From NCBI GenBank assembly GCA_964540005.1, contig CAZILN010000275.1, positions 5,287 through 69,286 of the forward strand: 64,000 bases of DNA. Direction: 5' to 3'. The stretch's first letter is position 1, and every line of letters starts with the position of its first letter. Of this stretch, positions 26,493 through 36,507 are shown piece by piece. This DNA comes from an uncultured Bacteroidaceae bacterium. GTDB taxonomy: Bacteria > Bacteroidota > Bacteroidia > Bacteroidales > SM23-62. The translations under genes and the position numbers were made by a program. The notes beneath the pieces are model-generated. The model was not told the DNA's origin, ran no database searches, and worked only from the letters and a program-made list of their open reading frames with translations.

Positions 26493-26991
26493 GGTACTTG
26501 CAAGAAATATCATTCGTCTGTTCGTTGTTGTCCTGCTGCAGATCTTCATCATAAATAATATTGAGATAAGCAGCATGATCAACCCCTATTTCTATGTTAT
26601 TTTCATCCTGCTGCTGCCCTTTGAAACACCCGGATGGTTACTGCTGACCTCCTCCTTTGTCCTTGGTTTGGTTGTAGACCTGTTTATGAATACACCCGGA
26701 CTCCATGCTGCTTCATGTGTGTTTATGGCTTTTCTCAGGCCCCAGGTACTCAATATAATCTCCCCCCGCGATGGATTTGACCCGGGCTCATTTCCCCGCC
26801 TGTATTATTTCGGTTTCAACTGGTTTTTAAAATATTCTGTTATCCTGGTTTTTGCCCATCATCTTGTTTTGTTTTATATAGAGGTTTTCAGGTTCAGTAG
26901 CTTTACAGATACCTTTATAAAGGTTATTCTGAGCACCCTCTTGTCTGTGGTCCTGATAGTGATCAGCCAGTATTTTATCTTCAGGAAGTAA
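26485..26991 (+). CDS. mreD: Rod shape-determining protein MreD
   Basis: Small polytopic membrane protein directly between mreC and mrdA. The start is set at ATG 26485 (MIRVLARN), overlapping the mreC stop by 8 nt. The ORF-track start 26449 lies inside mreC. Confidence 0.75.
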   Translation: MIRVLARNIIRLFVVVLLQIFIINNIEISSMINPYFYVIFILLLPFETPGWLLLTSSFVLGLVVDLFMNTPGLHAASCVFMAFLRPQVLNIISPRDGFDPGSFPRLYYFGFNWFLKYSVILVFAHHLVLFYIEVFRFSSFTDTFIKVILSTLLSVVLIVISQYFIFRK

Positions 26992-28919
26992 TGAATACAT
27001 TTAATGGAAGAAAATATGCTGTAATGATACTGATCATCCTTGTCGGTATGATCTTTGTCATCCGCCTGTTTTCTTTGCAGGTCCTGGACCCGACCTACAG
27101 GATCTCCGCGGAATCCAATTCCAGGAGGCTTGAAATACGCTTCCCGGCAAGGGGATTGATTTATGAACGTAACGGAGACCTGCTTGTCTATAACGAAGCT
27201 GCCTACGACCTGCTGGTTAATCCTTCCATGCTAGGCGAATTTGACACCCTTGATCTTACAGGAATCCTTAATATCAGTAAGGAGAGATTGATCGCGGGAA
27301 TAGAAGCTGCAGTGGCATACTCAAGATATAAACCCTATGTAATCCTCAGGCAGATATCTTCTGAGAATTATGCAGTATTGCAGGAAAAACTGTATAAATT
27401 CACGGGTTTCTTCGTGCAGTCACGTTCCCTGAGGACATATCCACGTCCCATTGCCGCTCATGTGCTGGGATATGTGGGTGAGGTTAATGAGGAAATGATT
27501 GCCCGCGACGATTACTACAAGGCCGGGGATTATATTGGGATCAGCGGAATTGAACGGGCATATGAAAAAGAACTCAGGGGGGAAAAGGGCAGGAAGATCT
27601 ACCTGGTTGATGTTCATAACAGGATACAGGGCTCCTACCAGGAAGGCCGCTACGACATTCAGGAAACGGTCGGGAAGAACATAACCATAACCATAGACGG
27701 TGACCTGCAGGCTTATGCCGAAATGCTGATGCAAAAGTTCAGGGGCAGTGTGGTTGCGCTGGAACCTTCAAGCGGGGAGATACTTGCACTTGTTACATCG
27801 CCTGCCTATGAACCCTCCCTGTTGATAGGAAGGTCACGGACCGAGAATTATCAGAGGCTTAATACAGACAGCCTGAAACCATTGTTTAACCGTGCCCTGA
27901 TGGCACAGTATCCTCCGGGTTCCACCTGGAAACCGGTAACAGGACTGATAGGATTACAGGAAGGTGTGATATCCCCGAATACCGAATACGATTGTAAAGG
28001 AGGATTCCACTGGGGTTCAGTCACGGTAGGCTGCCATTATCATGTCTCCCCCCTGTCGCTGGTTAGTGCTACCCAGCACTCCTGTAACGGTTATTTTAAT
28101 GAAGTATTCAGGAGGATTATTTCTGACAATAAATTCGAATCTTCACAGGAAGCCTTTGAGAACTGGAGGGAACATGTATTGTCCTTTGGTTTCGGACAGA
28201 CATTCGAATCTGACCTGAGCTATGAGCTTCCGGGTCTGGTCCCTGAAAAGGACCTGTATAACAACATATACGGAGAAGGGCACTGGAACTTCCTTACCAT
28301 AAGAAGCCTTTCAATAGGACAGGGAGAACTGGGGGTTACCCCTATCCAGATGGCTAACCTGGCGGCCATTATTGCCAACAGGGGTCATTATTATACACCC
28401 CATCTTTTGAGAGAAATCGCAAACGATCCTGCCAGCAGTGAAAGGTATACACAGAAACACTATACCTTGGTGGATTCAATACATTATAAATGGATTGTCG
28501 ATGGTATGGATGGAGCAGTTAACGGTGGTACAGCAGGAACTGCCTGGAGAGCACGGCTAAAAGATATAAAGGTCTGCGGCAAAACCGGGACAGCCGAAAA
28601 TCCTCCAAATGAGGATCATTCCATATTCATTGCTTTTGCACCTAAAGAGGATCCGCAAATTGCGATCTCAGTTTTTGTAGAGAACGGTGGATTCGGCAAT
28701 TACTGGGCTGCTCCGATAGCTGGCCTGATGATAGATAAATATATTACGGACTCTATAAGCAGGCCGGATTTGGAGCAGTATGTACTCAGGGCAGTAAGAC
28801 CCGATCTGCTGCAAGCTATCCGGGATACAGTTAGACCGGATCTGCAGCAATCTGTGCAGGACACAATACCGTCCGTTCCGCAGCAAGCTATCCAGGACAC
28901 AGTAAGACAGGAACAATGA
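26991..28919 (+). CDS. mrdA: Penicillin-binding protein 2 (MrdA) with a C-terminal 12-aa tandem-repeat extension
   Basis: N-terminal TM anchor; transpeptidase motifs GSTWKP (SxxK), SCNGYF (SxN), KTGTAE (KTG). The ATG overlaps the mreD stop by 1 nt. Confidence 0.9.
   Translation: MNTFNGRKYAVMILIILVGMIFVIRLFSLQVLDPTYRISAESNSRRLEIRFPARGLIYERNGDLLVYNEAAYDLLVNPSMLGEFDTLDLTGILNISKERLIAGIEAAVAYSRYKPYVILRQISSENYAVLQEKLYKFTGFFVQSRSLRTYPRPIAAHVLGYVGEVNEEMIARDDYYKAGDYIGISGIERAYEKELRGEKGRKIYLVDVHNRIQGSYQEGRYDIQETVGKNITITIDGDLQAYAEMLMQKFRGSVVALEPSSGEILALVTSPAYEPSLLIGRSRTENYQRLNTDSLKPLFNRALMAQYPPGSTWKPVTGLIGLQEGVISPNTEYDCKGGFHWGSVTVGCHYHVSPLSLVSATQHSCNGYFNEVFRRIISDNKFESSQEAFENWREHVLSFGFGQTFESDLSYELPGLVPEKDLYNNIYGEGHWNFLTIRSLSIGQGELGVTPIQMANLAAIIANRGHYYTPHLLREIANDPASSERYTQKHYTLVDSIHYKWIVDGMDGAVNGGTAGTAWRARLKDIKVCGKTGTAENPPNEDHSIFIAFAPKEDPQIAISVFVENGGFGNYWAAPIAGLMIDKYITDSISRPDLEQYVLRAVRPDLLQAIRDTVRPDLQQSVQDTIPSVPQQAIQDTVRQEQ
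28761..28904 (+). repeat. Four imperfect tandem 36-bp (12-codon) repeats at the 3' end of mrdA
   Basis: [12 protein letters not shown] / [12 protein letters not shown] / [12 protein letters not shown] / [12 protein letters not shown], then RQEQ*. Units at 28761, 28797, 28833 and 28869. Confidence 0.9.
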
Positions 28920-30337
28920 GGAGGAGAAATTTATTAAAGGATATTGACTGGTTGACCATCATTCTGTACCTCATGCTGGTGGGACTCGGCTGGATGAATA
29001 TCTATGCTGCTGGTTTTAATGAAGAACATAGCAGGATTTTGGATTTCTCACAGAGCTATGGTAAGCAGCTGATCTGGATGCTGACTTCTTTTGTATTGAT
29101 TATAACACTATTCATTATTGACAGTAAATTCTATTCCTTTTTTGCCTACCTGATCTACCTCTTGTCTGTTCTGTCTCTTATGGCAGTCCTGGTTATTGGC
29201 AAGGAGATCAACGGAGCCAGGTCATGGTTTGAATTCGGGATTTTTAATTTTCAGCCTTCAGAATTTGCTAAAATAGCTACAGCTCTGGCCCTCGCACGAC
29301 TGCTGAGTTCCTATAATTTTAAGATCCACCAGTACAGATCAATTCTTAAAATAATACTCATAATATGTCTGCCGCCGGCACTTATAGTCTTACAGCCTGA
29401 TATGGGATCTGCACTTGTATTTGCTGCATTTATCATAGTTATTTACAGGGAAGGATTTTCGGTGGTACTTATGGTAACAGGTATTTTATTCATACTGTTG
29501 TTCTTTGCCTCTCTCCTGGTCGACAAACTGATAATATTGCTGGCGCTGACCGTCCTTGGACTGATAATTTACTGGTTCGTTTCGAAACAGTCCAGACAGG
29601 TGTTCCGGGCCATCCTGATCCTGGCCGTGATCAGTTCTGTGGTTTACCTGGCAAATTATTTCCTGGTACAGAAGCTGAGTGAGTACCTGGTGGCCATAAT
29701 CTCGCTTCTGACGGCAGCTATTATCTATCTTGTTTATGCGTACAGAAAAAAGCTTCAATCGGTTTACCTCATCCTTCTGATCTTTTTTGTTTCAATAGCC
29801 TATACTTTTTCAATTGATTATGTTTTCAACGAGGTCCTGAAAGAACACCAGCAGAGAAGGGTGAATATCCTGCTTGGTATTGAGGACGATCCCCTGGGAG
29901 TTGGATACAATGTCAATCAATCGAAAATTGCTATAGGTTCGGGCGGACTGACGGGAAAAGGATTCTTACAGGGTACCCAGACAAAGTTTGATTTTGTTCC
30001 CGAGCAGAGTACCGACTTTATTTTCTGTACGGTAGGGGAAGAATGGGGTTTTATAGGAACCAGTTTCGTTATTGTTTTGTTTATTTTTCTTTTGTTGCGC
30101 ATCATCATACTGGCAGAAAGGCAGCGATCCGATTTCAGCAGGATCTATGCCTACGGGGTGGTTTCCATCCTCTTGTTTCATTTTGCCATTAATATCGGTA
30201 TGACCATTGGATTATTTCCTGTTATAGGAATACCTCTTCCGTTCCTGAGCTATGGGGGTTCCTCACTCTGGTCATTCACCATTCTCCTGTTCATTCTTAT
30301 CAGGTTGGATGCCAGCAGAATGGATCTTATCAGGTAA
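28916..30337 (+). CDS. rodA: Rod shape-determining protein RodA (SEDS family peptidoglycan polymerase)
   Basis: FtsW/RodA/SpoVE pattern: NGARSWF...[25 protein letters not shown]...[28 protein letters not shown] overlap with mrdA. Confidence 0.9.
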   Translation: MRRRNLLKDIDWLTIILYLMLVGLGWMNIYAAGFNEEHSRILDFSQSYGKQLIWMLTSFVLIITLFIIDSKFYSFFAYLIYLLSVLSLMAVLVIGKEINGARSWFEFGIFNFQPSEFAKIATALALARLLSSYNFKIHQYRSILKIILIICLPPALIVLQPDMGSALVFAAFIIVIYREGFSVVLMVTGILFILLFFASLLVDKLIILLALTVLGLIIYWFVSKQSRQVFRAILILAVISSVVYLANYFLVQKLSEYLVAIISLLTAAIIYLVYAYRKKLQSVYLILLIFFVSIAYTFSIDYVFNEVLKEHQQRRVNILLGIEDDPLGVGYNVNQSKIAIGSGGLTGKGFLQGTQTKFDFVPEQSTDFIFCTVGEEWGFIGTSFVIVLFIFLLLRIIILAERQRSDFSRIYAYGVVSILLFHFAINIGMTIGLFPVIGIPLPFLSYGGSSLWSFTILLFILIRLDASRMDLIR

Positions 30338-30547
30338 AATGGCAAATGATGTAAGCGTAAATTTTCGTTCAGCTTTCTATTCGAAGATAAATCCATCAAC
30401 AGGCTATTACAGCTTTTATATATCGTTTTTTTTTTTTATATTACACAAATAAGCCTGGTTTGGCTGCTCTTTTGGGCAGGTCTGAAAAGAGATGCTCAAT
30501 TAATTTCCCGAGATACCGGGAATTGCAAAAAGCGAATTCAACAGAAA

Positions 30548-31933
30548 ATGAAATACAGATCATATAATCTGCGGAATTACCATCAGATCAAACAGATCAA
30601 CAGGTTGACAAAGCAGGAAATAATTGAATTAGAGACAGTAGCAAGGGTGCTTCCATTTAAAACGAATAATTATGTAATTGATGAATTGATAGATTGGAAA
30701 AATTATCGCAACGACCCCATCTACTTACTGAATTTTCCTCAGAAGGGGATGCTGTCTGATGAACACTTCACGACTATTAAAGATCTGTTATGCTATAATG
30801 CTCCAAAATCAGAAATATCTGGGGAGATCAATAATATCCGTCTTGAGCTTAATCCCCATCCGGCCGGTCAGATGGAATATAACGTACCGGAACTGAACGG
30901 GGAGAAACTTCGGGGTATTCAGCATAAATACAGGGAGACTGTTTTGTTTTTCCCTTCCCAGGGACAAACCTGCCATGCTTACTGCACCTTTTGTTTCAGA
31001 TGGCCCCAGTTTACGGGCATAGATGAGCTTAAATTTGCCATGCGGGAAACTGAGTTGCTGGTAGAATACCTGAAAAAGAATGATCATATCACGGATGTCC
31101 TCATCACGGGAGGCGATCCGATGACCATGAGTTCCAGTGTGTTATCAAAATATATCGATGCCATACTGAAGGCAGACATACCCCATCTTCAGAATCTGCG
31201 TATCGGGACAAAAACCCTGGCCTTCTGGCCTTACAGGTACCTGACTGATCCGGATGCTGACGAAATTATCGGGCTATTCAAGAAAGTAGTGGACTCAGGG
31301 TTAAATCTGGCTTTTATGGCTCATGTCAGTCACCCCGCTGAACTTAAAACCATTGCTGTTCAGGAAGCTATTGGCAGGATAAGGAAAACTGGAGCACAAA
31401 TCCGAACACAATCCCCGGTATTGAAGTATATCAACAATAAATCCGATATCTGGGCTAGCATGTGGAAAAAACAGGTGAAGCTGGGAATGATACCATACTA
31501 TATGTTCGTCGCCCGTGATACCGGAGCACAGAATTTCTTTGCAGTTCCGCTGGGTGAAACATGGAGAATATTCCGGAACGCATATAAGCAGGTCAGTGGT
31601 ATTGCACGAACGGTACGCGGACCCAGCATGTCAGCCAATCCAGGCAAGGTTCAGATAGTAGGCGTCATGGAAATCGAAGAGGAACCGGTATTTGTACTGA
31701 TGTTCCTTCAGGCAAGGAACCCTGATTGGGTTCGTCGTCCCTTCCTGGCAAAGTATGACCCGAAAGCCTTCTGGCTGACAGATCTGAAACCGGCTTTCGG
31801 GAAGAAAGAATTTTACTACTCAGCGGAGTTCAGAAGAATGATGAAAGTGGAAGAAGACAGTATAAGCTTATTTCCCGAGGAGCTCAAAAATCACTTCAGG
31901 GATTACATTAACCGACCCCCGGACAGCTACTAG
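30548..31933 (+). CDS. KamA-family radical SAM protein (lysine 2,3-aminomutase-like), function unknown
   Basis: CHAYCTFCFRWPQF (CxxxCxxC as in KamA/EpmB), ITGGDP, and a family-typical region downstream of the cluster. 461 aa. Confidence 0.8.
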   Translation: MKYRSYNLRNYHQIKQINRLTKQEIIELETVARVLPFKTNNYVIDELIDWKNYRNDPIYLLNFPQKGMLSDEHFTTIKDLLCYNAPKSEISGEINNIRLELNPHPAGQMEYNVPELNGEKLRGIQHKYRETVLFFPSQGQTCHAYCTFCFRWPQFTGIDELKFAMRETELLVEYLKKNDHITDVLITGGDPMTMSSSVLSKYIDAILKADIPHLQNLRIGTKTLAFWPYRYLTDPDADEIIGLFKKVVDSGLNLAFMAHVSHPAELKTIAVQEAIGRIRKTGAQIRTQSPVLKYINNKSDIWASMWKKQVKLGMIPYYMFVARDTGAQNFFAVPLGETWRIFRNAYKQVSGIARTVRGPSMSANPGKVQIVGVMEIEEEPVFVLMFLQARNPDWVRRPFLAKYDPKAFWLTDLKPAFGKKEFYYSAEFRRMMKVEEDSISLFPEELKNHFRDYINRPPDSY

Positions 31934-31934
31934 C

Positions 31935-32522
31935 TCACAACTTTATCGAATGGTGTAGCCTGACGTATTCTGTGATCTCCCGCAGAAAATCAAGGGAATG
32001 TTTTTCAAGAACTGAATAATTAGCCCGCAATTGACGTATGGCATATTCAGAATGGTCCGGAAGGCTTGTCCGTAATGCCATCCTGCGTAAAACCGATTCC
32101 AGGCCGTCAAGGCTTGCATAAGCCTCCAGCCAGTTGCTTCTTATAAAATATGGAAAAAAGCCTTTTACTCCTTCAGGGAAGAAGTCCCAATGTGAATCCA
32201 GGATTTCGTATTGCCTGTGAATATACCTGGAGAGTGAGATCCGGCTGAAATCACTCCAGTTCACTGCCAGGAAATGATCGTAGAAAATATCTATGACAAT
32301 TCCTGAGTACTTGCCATATTCCTCCCGTATATAAGCTTTACATGACCGGGTTATGGAATGCTTATCAGTAAAAGAATCTATACTCCTGTGCAGGAGTATC
32401 CCCTGCCTGATTTTTTTGGGATACAGGATATAATCATGACCCTTGACGTAGTCTCCAATAAAGTTCCCGACCAGGATTTCTTCAGAAGAACCGGAGAGAT
32501 ATATATGGGCCAGGAAATTCAT
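31935..32522 (-). CDS. acpH: Acyl carrier protein phosphodiesterase (AcpH)
   Basis: MNFLAHIYLSG....VGNFIGDYVKG, ...GILLHR.IDSFTD.H. 195 aa. Confidence 0.8.
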   Translation of the reverse strand: MNFLAHIYLSGSSEEILVGNFIGDYVKGHDYILYPKKIRQGILLHRSIDSFTDKHSITRSCKAYIREEYGKYSGIVIDIFYDHFLAVNWSDFSRISLSRYIHRQYEILDSHWDFFPEGVKGFFPYFIRSNWLEAYASLDGLESVLRRMALRTSLPDHSEYAIRQLRANYSVLEKHSLDFLREITEYVRLHHSIKL

Positions 32523-32703
32523 TGTACCCTTGGTTTGGGATATGATCTTACCATGCTAATGCAATAATAGAAAGGACTCATCTTAATAACTAAAAATAGC
32601 TAAATAGTATACCCTGGTAAACATATTTAATAACATATCAGCTAAGCTTTTCAAATAATGTACCTTTGAATAATTCATGTATTTTTGATAAAATTTTCAT
32701 AGT

Positions 32704-34047
32704 ATGGAACAGAAGAAAGTTATTATTATCGGGGCAGCAGGAAGGGATTTTCATAATTTCAATACTTGTTACAGGAATGATTCCCGCTACCGGGTTCTTG
32801 CTTTTACGGCAGCCCAGATACCGGACATCGACGACAGAAAATACCCTGCAGAGCTGGCCGGACCTGCATATCCTGAAGGGATCCCTATTTATTCTGAAGA
32901 AGAATTACCGGAACTTATCAGGTCCCTTGAAGTGGATGAATGTGTGTTTTCCTATAGTGACGTTGCCTATCAGAAGGTAATGTCAATATCTGCCATTGTT
33001 AATGCAGCCGGAGCCAGTTTTGTACTGCTGGGGGGGAAACCGACTATGATAAAGAGCAACAAACCTGTCATCGCTGTGGGTGCGGTCCGGACAGGTTGCG
33101 GGAAGAGCCAGACATCCAGGCGGATAGTTCAGAAGCTGATGAATCATGGATTGAAAGTTGTTGCCGTGCGTCACCCCATGCCTTATGGTGACCTGGTAGC
33201 ACAAAAAGTGCAGCGTTTTGCATGTCTTGATGACCTCTCAAAATACGAATGTACTATTGAGGAGATGGAAGAATATGAACCTCATATTGTCAGGGGGAAT
33301 GTCATTTATGCTGGTGTGGATTATGAGGCCATTCTGAGGGAAGCCGAAAATGACCCCGACGGATGTGACATAATACTCTGGGATGGTGGTAATAATGATT
33401 TCCCGTTTTACCAGCCTGACCTGATGATAACGGTCACCGATCCTCACAGGCCAGGGCATGAACTGGCTTACTATCCCGGTGAAGTTACACTCCGCATTGC
33501 AGATGTTGCAGTGATCAACAAAATTGACAGCGCTGATGGCGCATCTGTTGAAGAGGTAAGAAGAAACATAGGCTTAATAAACCCGGATGCACGGATAATA
33601 GATGCCGCTTCACCCATCAGTGTTGAGGATCCTTCCGTAATAAAAGGCAAGAGGGTTCTGGTCATAGAAGACGGTCCCACCCTGACTCACGGGGAGATGA
33701 AGATAGGTGCCGGCGTGGTGGCAGCAAGGAAATTTGGTGCTGCAGAACTCGTTGATCCAAGGCCATTTACAGTTGGGAGACTGACGAAAACATTTGAAAC
33801 CTATCCGGATATTGGAACACTGTTGCCGGCTATGGGGTATGGCGAAGAGCAATTGAAAGACCTTGAAACCACAATAAATAATACGGATTGTGATTCGGTA
33901 ATAATCGGTACGCCAATCGACCTGAACAGGATCATTAACATTAAAAAACCCAATACCAGGGTTTATTATGATCTGCAGGAGATCGGTTGTCCCAACCTGG
34001 ATGAGTTACTGGAAGAGTTTCTCGAAAGCAAAGGGCTGTTGGAATGA
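32704..34047 (+). CDS. COG2403-type predicted GTPase / cyclic 2,3-diphosphoglycerate synthetase-like protein
   Basis: KVIIIGAAGRDFHNFN, P-loop-like AVRTGCGKSQTS, GDL..Q...RF. Size of about 447 aa is typical of this family. Confidence 0.55.
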   Translation: MEQKKVIIIGAAGRDFHNFNTCYRNDSRYRVLAFTAAQIPDIDDRKYPAELAGPAYPEGIPIYSEEELPELIRSLEVDECVFSYSDVAYQKVMSISAIVNAAGASFVLLGGKPTMIKSNKPVIAVGAVRTGCGKSQTSRRIVQKLMNHGLKVVAVRHPMPYGDLVAQKVQRFACLDDLSKYECTIEEMEEYEPHIVRGNVIYAGVDYEAILREAENDPDGCDIILWDGGNNDFPFYQPDLMITVTDPHRPGHELAYYPGEVTLRIADVAVINKIDSADGASVEEVRRNIGLINPDARIIDAASPISVEDPSVIKGKRVLVIEDGPTLTHGEMKIGAGVVAARKFGAAELVDPRPFTVGRLTKTFETYPDIGTLLPAMGYGEEQLKDLETTINNTDCDSVIIGTPIDLNRIINIKKPNTRVYYDLQEIGCPNLDELLEEFLESKGLLE

Positions 34048-34050
34048 ACC

Positions 34051-34072
34051 GATCCGATCGATCGATCGGATC
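34051..34072. repeat. Perfect 22-bp palindrome gatccgatcgatcgatcggatc, part of a 30-bp stretch with six GATC sites; possible bidirectional terminator
   Basis: The palindrome was checked by reverse-complementing it. It lies in the 46-bp gap between convergent genes (stops at 34047 and 34094). Confidence 0.8.
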
Positions 34073-34093
34073 AATCGATCCGATGAATTTCCG

Positions 34094-35440
34094 CTAAGAC
34101 AGGCGGTCCTTCAGTTTCCTGGTTTCTTCTTCAAATCCGGGTTTTTCCAGCAGGGCAAACATATTTTTTTTATAGGCTTCCACTCCTGGCTGGTTGAATG
34201 GATTGATCCCCAGCATGTACCCGCTGATGGCACAGGCCTTTTCAAAGAAATAGATCAGGGCACCCAGGTAATATTCATTCAGCGCAGGAATCTCCAGATG
34301 GATATTTGGTACACCCCCGTCAACATGTGCCAGAAGAGTGCCCAGTTCGGCCATTTTATTCACATGGTTAATGCTTTTTCCAGACAGGTAGTTAAGCTCA
34401 TCAAGATCCTCCTGGTCAACTGGTACAAGTACCTGTTTTGACTGGGATGCTATACTGAGCACTGTTTCGAAAACGGATCGTTCCCCTTCCTGTATGTACT
34501 GTCCCATTGAATGCAGATCGGTAGTATAGGTTACACTGGCCAGGAATATCCCTTTCAGGTTCTTTCCTTCACTTTCCGCGAAGAGCTGTTTCCACCATTC
34601 AGAAAAGTAAACCATCCGGCTATCATAATTGGCCAGGATCTCTATTTTCCATCCCTTCCTGTACAGGGAATTTCTGGCAGCAGCATACAGGGTTGCAGGA
34701 TTTTCCTTGAAAGGAATGCTGCTGTATGTGGCATTTTCCATCGCAAGAGCCCCTCTGATCAGTTCATTTATGTTAAATCCGGCAGCGGCTACAGGAAGCA
34801 GTCCCACAGGAGTGAGTGCGGAAAACCTTCCCCCCGTATCATCAGGTATTACAAAGGTCTTGTAGCCTGAGCGGTCAGCCAGGGTGCGTAATGCCCCTTT
34901 TTGTTTATCAGTAATTGCTATGATGCGTCCGGCGGCATTTTCCTTTCCGTATTTTGCTTCCAGGTGGTTTTTTATTATCCTGAAAGCCAGGGCAGGTTCG
35001 GTTGTGGTCCCTGATTTGGATATTACGACTATTCCATATTCCTTTTTATCCAGGACCTCTAACAGTTCATATATATAGTCTTCACCGATATTATGACCGG
35101 CAAACAATATTAGCGGATCTTTGTGATCACCAGCCTGGGCCATGAATTGGTGGCTGAGTGCTGAAATAATTGCACGAGCACCCAGGTAGGACCCTCCAAT
35201 GCCAATTACTACCACGGCATCCATGGACTCATGCATTGAGCGGGCCGTAGAATTGATATCCTCAATCAGCTCAGGAGCAATGGTTGAAGGAAGATCCTGC
35301 CAGCCTGTAAAATCATTTCCCTCACCGGTCCTGTCTTCCAGAATTTTCAAACATTTAATAGTTTCTTCCTGTAAGTCAAGTAGTTCTGACTCGGTCACAA
35401 ATGCTTTAATTTGGTCAAGATTCAGTTTCAGTTGTTCCAT
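34094..35440 (-). CDS. pgi: Glucose-6-phosphate isomerase
   Basis: VVVIGIGGSYLGARA, ISKSGTTTEP, GGRFS..T.VGLLP, FNQPGVEAYK. Confidence 0.9.
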   Translation of the reverse strand: MEQLKLNLDQIKAFVTESELLDLQEETIKCLKILEDRTGEGNDFTGWQDLPSTIAPELIEDINSTARSMHESMDAVVVIGIGGSYLGARAIISALSHQFMAQAGDHKDPLILFAGHNIGEDYIYELLEVLDKKEYGIVVISKSGTTTEPALAFRIIKNHLEAKYGKENAAGRIIAITDKQKGALRTLADRSGYKTFVIPDDTGGRFSALTPVGLLPVAAAGFNINELIRGALAMENATYSSIPFKENPATLYAAARNSLYRKGWKIEILANYDSRMVYFSEWWKQLFAESEGKNLKGIFLASVTYTTDLHSMGQYIQEGERSVFETVLSIASQSKQVLVPVDQEDLDELNYLSGKSINHVNKMAELGTLLAHVDGGVPNIHLEIPALNEYYLGALIYFFEKACAISGYMLGINPFNQPGVEAYKKNMFALLEKPGFEEETRKLKDRLS

Positions 35441-35544
35441 TTATTGATAGATTGATAAAAGATGTAAAGATAATATAAGAAGGATTGTTTTGATAATATG
35501 GTAAGGATTAAATCAGGAACTGAGGCCGGCTCAGAATAATATCG

Positions 35545-35552
35545 TACTTTTG
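35545..35552 (+). promoter_or_regulatory. TAnnTTTG (TACTTTTG) -7 promoter-like motif upstream of lipA
   Basis: Exact motif match. It ends 12 nt before ATG 35565 and 30 nt before ATG 35583, which favours the second start. Confidence 0.3.
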
Positions 35553-35582
35553 TGTCTTATATAGATGTATCAGAAGGAAGCT

Positions 35583-36449
35583 ATGACAAAGGAAACACAG
35601 ACTGACAGGAAGAGGCTGCCGGAATGGTTCAGGATGGAGCGCGCCGATGGAAGAAATTATTCCAGGTTAAAGAACCTGGTAGAAAAAAACCGGCTCAATA
35701 CCATTTGCAAGAGCGGCAATTGCCCGAATATAGGAGAATGCTGGAATGTCGGTACGGCCACTTTCATGATACTGGGCAATATATGCACCCGTGCCTGTAA
35801 GTTCTGTTCGGTAACAACAGGAAAACCAATGCCGGTTGATCCCGGGGAGCCTGAACGGCTGGCTGAATCGATCAGGAAAATGGGGGTGAGGCACTGCGTC
35901 ATTACATCAGTTGACCGGGATGACCTTGAAGATGGGGGAGCCGCCTTATGGGTAGAAACCATCAGGCAGATCAGGCTGCTTAATCCCGGAGTTACCATAG
36001 AGACCCTCATTCCTGATTTCAGGGGCAGTCATGAATATATTCAGCAGGTGATTGATGCGGGTCCGCGGGTGATTTCACACAACCTGGAGACCGTACGCAG
36101 GCTCACCCCGGGGATACGCAGCCTGAATAAATACGAGACCAGCCTGGAGGTAATCAGGTATATTGCAGGTGCAGGTAAAATTGCCAAATCAGGGATTATG
36201 CTTGGACTGGGTGAAACAGAACAGGAGGTGCTGGAAACTATGGACGATCTCCTGGCAGCCGGATGCAAAGTCATGACCATAGGGCAGTACCTTCAACCTA
36301 CCCTCAAAAACCATCCGGTCAGGGACTACATTACTCCTGAAAAATTCCGGTATTACGGGGAAACCGGATTGAAAAAGGGATTCAGGTTTGTGGAGAGCAG
36401 TCCACTGGTCCGATCTTCCTATCATGCAGAAAGGCACATTGATGCGTAG
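35583..36449 (+). CDS. lipA: Lipoyl synthase LipA
   Basis: CPNIGECW auxiliary-cluster cysteines, radical SAM CTRACKFCSV, SGIMLGLGET, RSSYHA. The alternative start is ATG 35565. Confidence 0.9.
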   Translation: MTKETQTDRKRLPEWFRMERADGRNYSRLKNLVEKNRLNTICKSGNCPNIGECWNVGTATFMILGNICTRACKFCSVTTGKPMPVDPGEPERLAESIRKMGVRHCVITSVDRDDLEDGGAALWVETIRQIRLLNPGVTIETLIPDFRGSHEYIQQVIDAGPRVISHNLETVRRLTPGIRSLNKYETSLEVIRYIAGAGKIAKSGIMLGLGETEQEVLETMDDLLAAGCKVMTIGQYLQPTLKNHPVRDYITPEKFRYYGETGLKKGFRFVESSPLVRSSYHAERHIDA

Positions 36450-36507
36450 TAATATTTAAATATACCATCGTGATTAAGGAAGAATAATCTTTTTTAACCG
36501 GGGATTC

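Noticed and set aside
28668-28916. Two minus-strand ORFs (82 and 66 aa) opposite the 3' end of mrdA
   Set aside because: They are generated by the 36-bp tandem repeat, which stays open on the opposite strand. There is no independent support.
30338-30547. Riboswitch upstream of the KamA-like gene
   Set aside because: There are only two short generic hairpins and a T-run. No conserved core of the lysine, SAM, TPP or cobalamin riboswitches is recognisable.
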